Source: Fonticula alba ATCC 38817 (lineage: Eukaryota; Protista; Nucleariida). Taken from it: a stretch of DNA of 11,347 bases. Every line of letters starts with the position of its first letter. Within the stretch, counting starts at the first letter, position 1. The stretch lies in assembly GCA_000388065.2 (NCBI GenBank), contig KB932206.1; one strand, 5' to 3'. Under the pieces are notes generated by a model. The model made no database searches. It was not told the DNA's origin and saw only the letters and a program-made list of their open reading frames with translations. Shown in pieces: positions 7,901-11,347 of the stretch. Position numbers and translations under genes: made by a program.

Positions 7901-10871
7901 NNNNNNNNNNNNNNGGTGGGGAGGAAAGAGAAGGAGCAGAAAGAGAACCCCTCCACAGGAGGAGGAGGAAGAGGAGGAGGCAAAGCCGCGCACCGAATCG
8001 CCGAGACCTGGCTATAGTGGGCTGCCCACATGAGCGGCGTCATGCCGGATCGGTCCAACATGTCGACGATGGTCGAGCCGGCCCCCTGCTGCAGCGTCAA
8101 CTCCAGAATGTACTTCAGGGCATCAGTGTCGCCATTGGCCGCCGCATAGTGAATGCATCCCAGCCCGGCGGTGGCGTCGATGGAAAAGAGAACCCGCTCT
8201 CCGCGCAAGGCCACCAGCTGGCGCAGCGCATGGAGATACGGTGAGGGGGTCGCACTGGGGCCCACACCACCAGAGAGGGACCCCATGCTGCCAGACAGCT
8301 CATTGGATGAGGAGGAGGACGCCGACGAGGTGGATGCCCGACTGGAGGTCGAGCTCGATCGGCGCATGGTTTTGGCAGGCGGCGGGGGGGCCGGAAGGGG
8401 AATGGCAGTCACCGGGATTGCTGCCACCATGGCAGCAGAGGCCCCGGCCGCCGATGGTGCTGGCACAGGGGACGTGCGCTGCTCGGGCGAAGAAACACGC
8501 TCGGCACCGGCACTGGCGTCGCCGGCGGAACGAGTGGGCGACTGTGACCGCGACCGCGACCGCGACCGGGAGCGCGACCGTGACCGAGAGCGCGACCGCG
8601 ACCCATCGCCAGGCGACGTGGCCCGTGATAGGATGCCCTCCGGTCCGACCAGCAGCTCGCCATACAGGCTGGCCGATTCGTCCATCGGCACGCTGGCATG
8701 CTCCGGCGGGACCTCCACCGGGGGAGGTGTCGCTTGCTGCTGGGACACCGTCGGGACAGTGATGTGCGAGTCGGATGGGGCACCACTGCGGCGCGAGCGC
8801 TTTCGCCGCATGGCCGTCGGCACACGAAGAAGCGCATGGGCCGGGAAAGATTCATCCTCCTCGCCAGCAGCCAGGGGAGGAGGGGTCCCCGGCACCGCGC
8901 GTACTGGGAGCAACTCCAGCGGCAGGATGCTGGCCGGCTCGAGGGAGGGGCTCGACTCGAGGGAGCTTGACTGGGCATGCCCACCAGGCAGCTCCTGTTG
9001 AGGATGTGACATTGAAGATTGCTGCGAAATGGGCACCGCCGTTGAGCCGGCAAACGCCATGTCCCCAGAGGCAGAGTACTCGATGGAGGAGGAATGCGCG
9101 ATACCAGCCTCGCCCGGGTCATCCCACCCTTCGCTGCTGGGCGAAGCCATGGTGACGATCAGGCGCGGAACGGTCGGCATCGGGCCGCTCGTGGCGCCGG
9201 AAATCGTGCCATCTGCCGTCCCGGGCAGCGGCACGTCAGGACTCCGAGGGAAGAAGTGGCCTGCCTCGCCGGTGGCGTCAAAGTGCGTGTGCAGGCCACT
9301 GGCCAGACCCAAATGAGAGAGGTTGGTATCCAGGCCGGAGGAAGCCCCAGGCGAGGTCCCGCTGTGCTGCAGGACCCCAGGAGACAGGTCGCGACTTCCG
9401 GGGAAGCCCCCCCGCCCGGGCGGCATATACTCCTCGGACAAGCACGACTCAATCCCCCCCTCGAGGCCCGAGGACAAGCACTCCTCCAGATCCATGCCAA
9501 AAGAGGCTGGCGAGCTGGCTGCCAGCGACCGGGGCGACCACGACCGAGTTGAGGAGCCGGGCGAGGAGCCGGCACTTGAAGGGGCATGGTCAAAGAGGCC
9601 GAGGTCAGCTGGTGGCGGGGCATCGGCGGCAAATGTACCGGGGAGGGCATCGATTTCCGTGCTAGGTCGATGGACAGACGCGCGGGCGGCCGGGAAAAAA
9701 AACGGCAAAGGGAGGCGAAGGAAAAAGGAGAGGGAGGTTTGGTTGCATGTGTCAGTGTGCACGTCGGCGGGAGCAAGGGGGGGGGGGGGGGGGGGGGGGG
9801 CGCATCCCCATGCATGCAAGGGCGAAGTAGGGCGAAGTAGGGGTCTTCGTACAGCTCGTAGCCCTCCTTCTCGATGTCGGAAACATGGCGCCTGCGTGTC
9901 GGGAGGAGATCCGGCATGCCGGAGGCCGTCGTGGCGTCGGGCTTATCGGCTGCCTGTGCGGTGGGACAGCCCGGGGGGCAGAGGTCCCCGGGGTGACTAC
10001 AATGGCGCGACCGCCGGCGTTTTGCCGGTGGAAAGCCCCCCGACGGGCTGGGCTTCGGGTGTTGCATGGTGATGCCCGCGAAAATGAAGAGCCCGACAAA
10101 GACAACCACTGCCAGCATGGTTCCCAGTGCCAGGGCGGCGATCAGGCCGGGGGGGAACTTCGATGGGTCGATGTTGTTGTCAGGCGTGTCATCGGAGCTG
10201 GAGGACCCATCCTGCGAGTGAGAGACGGAGCCACTTCCGGGAATACGGGCCGGAGTCTGGTGGAGAACTGGGATTAGTAACATGACCAGGGAGGGGACCT
10301 TGAGACAAGGACAGGAGGACGTGGCTTCAGAGGGGGGGAGGGGGGGGGGGCACACCTTCGGGCAAAGGGGAAGTGACTCGTCGGCGCAGAGCATGTATGT
10401 GTTGGCGAATTCCTCATCACAGATGAGGGCCGCCTGCTGGCACAAATAGCCGTCTCGGCAGAAGGGGTGCCGCCGGAGCTCGGCCGTAGGGTCGGAATCA
10501 CAGGTGGGAAAGAAGACCCGGCAGATGTACTCGCGGTAGATGGCTTTTTCGGCCCGAAGACGGAGGGAGGAAGGGGGGAGAGGGGACGGGAAAACGGGGA
10601 AAGGCGAGTCAGCAAAGGAGGAAGAGCGGATCAAACAGGGAGGGATGCCAATGGGCAGTACCATGACAACGAGAGGAGTGATGCCGGTTCTCTGTCAGAA
10701 CCGGGCCATAGTGGAAGAGATCGGCCGCATTGACGGCCGCATGGAGATTGTGCGCGGTGCGGAACTGGGGTCCGGCGGAGGAAGAGGGAAGAGCAAGGGT
10801 TCAAGAGAAAGGGGCGAGGGGAGGGTGAGGAACACTTGGGTGCTGAGAGTTGGGGAAAGGGAAGGGACAGA

Positions 10872-10904
<33 letters not shown>

Positions 10905-11271
10905 GCCAATGGAGCCGAGGACGCACACCAAACGGGAAGGTGCTGGTGTCACAGGCCGCTGGGAGGGAGGCTCCCAAGTGAGAACATTCGGTGGTTTGCC
11001 AGTTGTCTGTGAAAAAAAAAAGGCCACCGGAGGACGGGCAAAATGGGGAGGGATGAAGGGCAGTCACGAGCAGGACGGTGGGTCAGGAAGAGGAACACAG
11101 CAGACGAGGCCAAGGCAGATGTGCCATCCAGGAGGCGAGGCATCATCGCATGCCGCGCACCCGACAGTTGGCAGGGAATCAATGGCGGCCCAAGCAAGGG
11201 AGACTCGCCGTCCTCCGGGTAGATGACACTGTCCTGGGGGAAGCGGTTACCCAAATGGTCGCAGAAGAAAT
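4974..11271 (-). CDS. Single-pass receptor-like protein: Frizzled-like CRD + TM + disordered RS-containing linker + ankyrin repeats (5'-partial, about 1570 aa in window). Exons: 11271-11161, 11006-10927, 10764-10662, 10543-10356, 10256-9853, 9661-7994, 7605-6870, 6714-6527, 6439(or 6436)-6364, 6279-6060, 5911-4974
   Basis: All ten introns are GT-AG with matching phases. Several junctions rebuild motifs across the splice (RCH|AIYREYIC, SAIR|LLLMHGAN, RDAA|GNMALH, DNS|GETPL). The stop is TGA at 4976-4974. The TM exon joins the long cytoplasmic exon through donor GTACGA (9852) and acceptor TAG (9662) in phase 2. Confidence 0.8.
5037..8178 (-). other. Ankyrin repeat region (about 12-14 repeats, several degenerate or interrupted)
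   Basis: Repeated G-x-TPLH-x-AA-type starts: GLGCIHYAA, GMTPLMWAA, GESALHFAC, QEPALMLAI, GNAPLHWAA, GETPLHLAT, GRTVLHYAC, GNMALHLAA, GETPLLAAC, GETPLFVAC, GRTPLLAAV, GNTSLHWAA, DLSPVDLAR. Confidence 0.9.
7680..7914. other. Assembly gap (235 N) inside predicted intron 7606-7993
   Basis: Run of N. The flanks look intronic, and the exons on either side join in frame. Confidence 0.95.
8545..8601 (-). repeat. Coding hexamer repeat encoding S(RS)9
   Basis: Nine hexamers plus one codon. All variation (TCG/TCT/TCA/TCC; CGG/CGC) is synonymous on the minus strand. Confidence 0.9.
9777..9800. repeat. G24 homopolymer (sense poly-C in intron 9662-9852)
   Basis: Read directly. Confidence 0.9.
9819..9842. 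repeat. 10-nt tandem duplication (AGGGCGAAGT x2.4), intronic
   Basis: Read directly; lies about 10 nt inside the GTACGA donor. Confidence 0.85.
10068..10145 (-). other. Predicted transmembrane helix
   Basis: LIAALALGTMLAVVVFVGLFIFAGIT is an uncharged hydrophobic stretch of about 26 aa. An acidic S/D stalk precedes it and basic residues follow it. Confidence 0.85.
10362..10986 (-). other. Frizzled-like cysteine-rich domain (10 Cys, spread over 3 exons)
   Basis: Spliced spacing C-x10-C-x40-C-x8-C-x6-C-x13-C-x5-C-x6-C-x10-C-x7-C. The core ICRVFFPTCD...FCRD...C resembles the ROR/MuSK-type Fz CRD. Confidence 0.7.
10876..10904. repeat. (GA)14 microsatellite (sense CT repeat in intron 10765-10926)
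   Basis: Read directly. Confidence 0.9.
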
Positions 11272-11347
11272 CTGCCGGAAGATGGCAACAATGGAAGGAG
11301 GGTGAGACAGTTGGAGGGGAGGGGCCGCGGGGTGCATTGAAGAGGGG

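Noticed and set aside
8153-9001. 282-aa plus-strand ORF with (D/E)R repeat
   Set aside because: Antisense shadow of the receptor exon. Repeat variation is synonymous only on the minus strand, and RS/RD antisense pairing is expected from the genetic code.
9819-9842. 10-nt duplication as a frameshift or pseudogene lesion between the TM and ANK parts
   Set aside because: The GTACGA donor at 9852 places it inside an intron, and the flanking exons join in frame.
9323-10072. 249-aa plus-strand ORF
   Set aside because: Antisense to two receptor exons, reads through intronic poly-G, and has no recognisable motif.
1-11347. CRISPR array, transposon, prophage or prokaryotic operon
   Set aside because: No repeat-spacer units, terminal repeats or transposase/integrase motifs. 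All genes are spliceosomal-intron eukaryotic genes.

Overview
GC-rich, intron-rich eukaryotic genomic DNA with C/G homopolymer tracts in introns. An opisthokont protist such as Fonticula is my guess from composition only and is unverified. Manual GT-AG splicing gives four protein genes and one tRNA: (1) the 5' end of a myotubularin-like PH-GRAM gene (minus strand, runs off the left edge); (2) cytochrome c oxidase subunit VIIc (plus, 3 exons, 74 aa); (3) a small basic Alb1/C11orf98-like pre-60S factor (minus, 4 exons, 114 aa); (4) tRNA-Thr(AGT) (minus); and (5) a large minus-strand gene with 11 exons in the window (about 1570 aa, 5'-partial). All junctions of gene 5 splice in frame and give one single-pass membrane protein: a 10-cysteine Frizzled-like CRD outside, one TM helix, a long disordered linker with basic clusters and an (RS)9 repeat, and about 12-14 ankyrin repeats inside. 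This Fz-CRD/TM/ANK receptor, with a Notch-like intracellular layout, is the main candidate for an undescribed system. All gene models are hand-built from splice signals and frame continuity. No database search was run.
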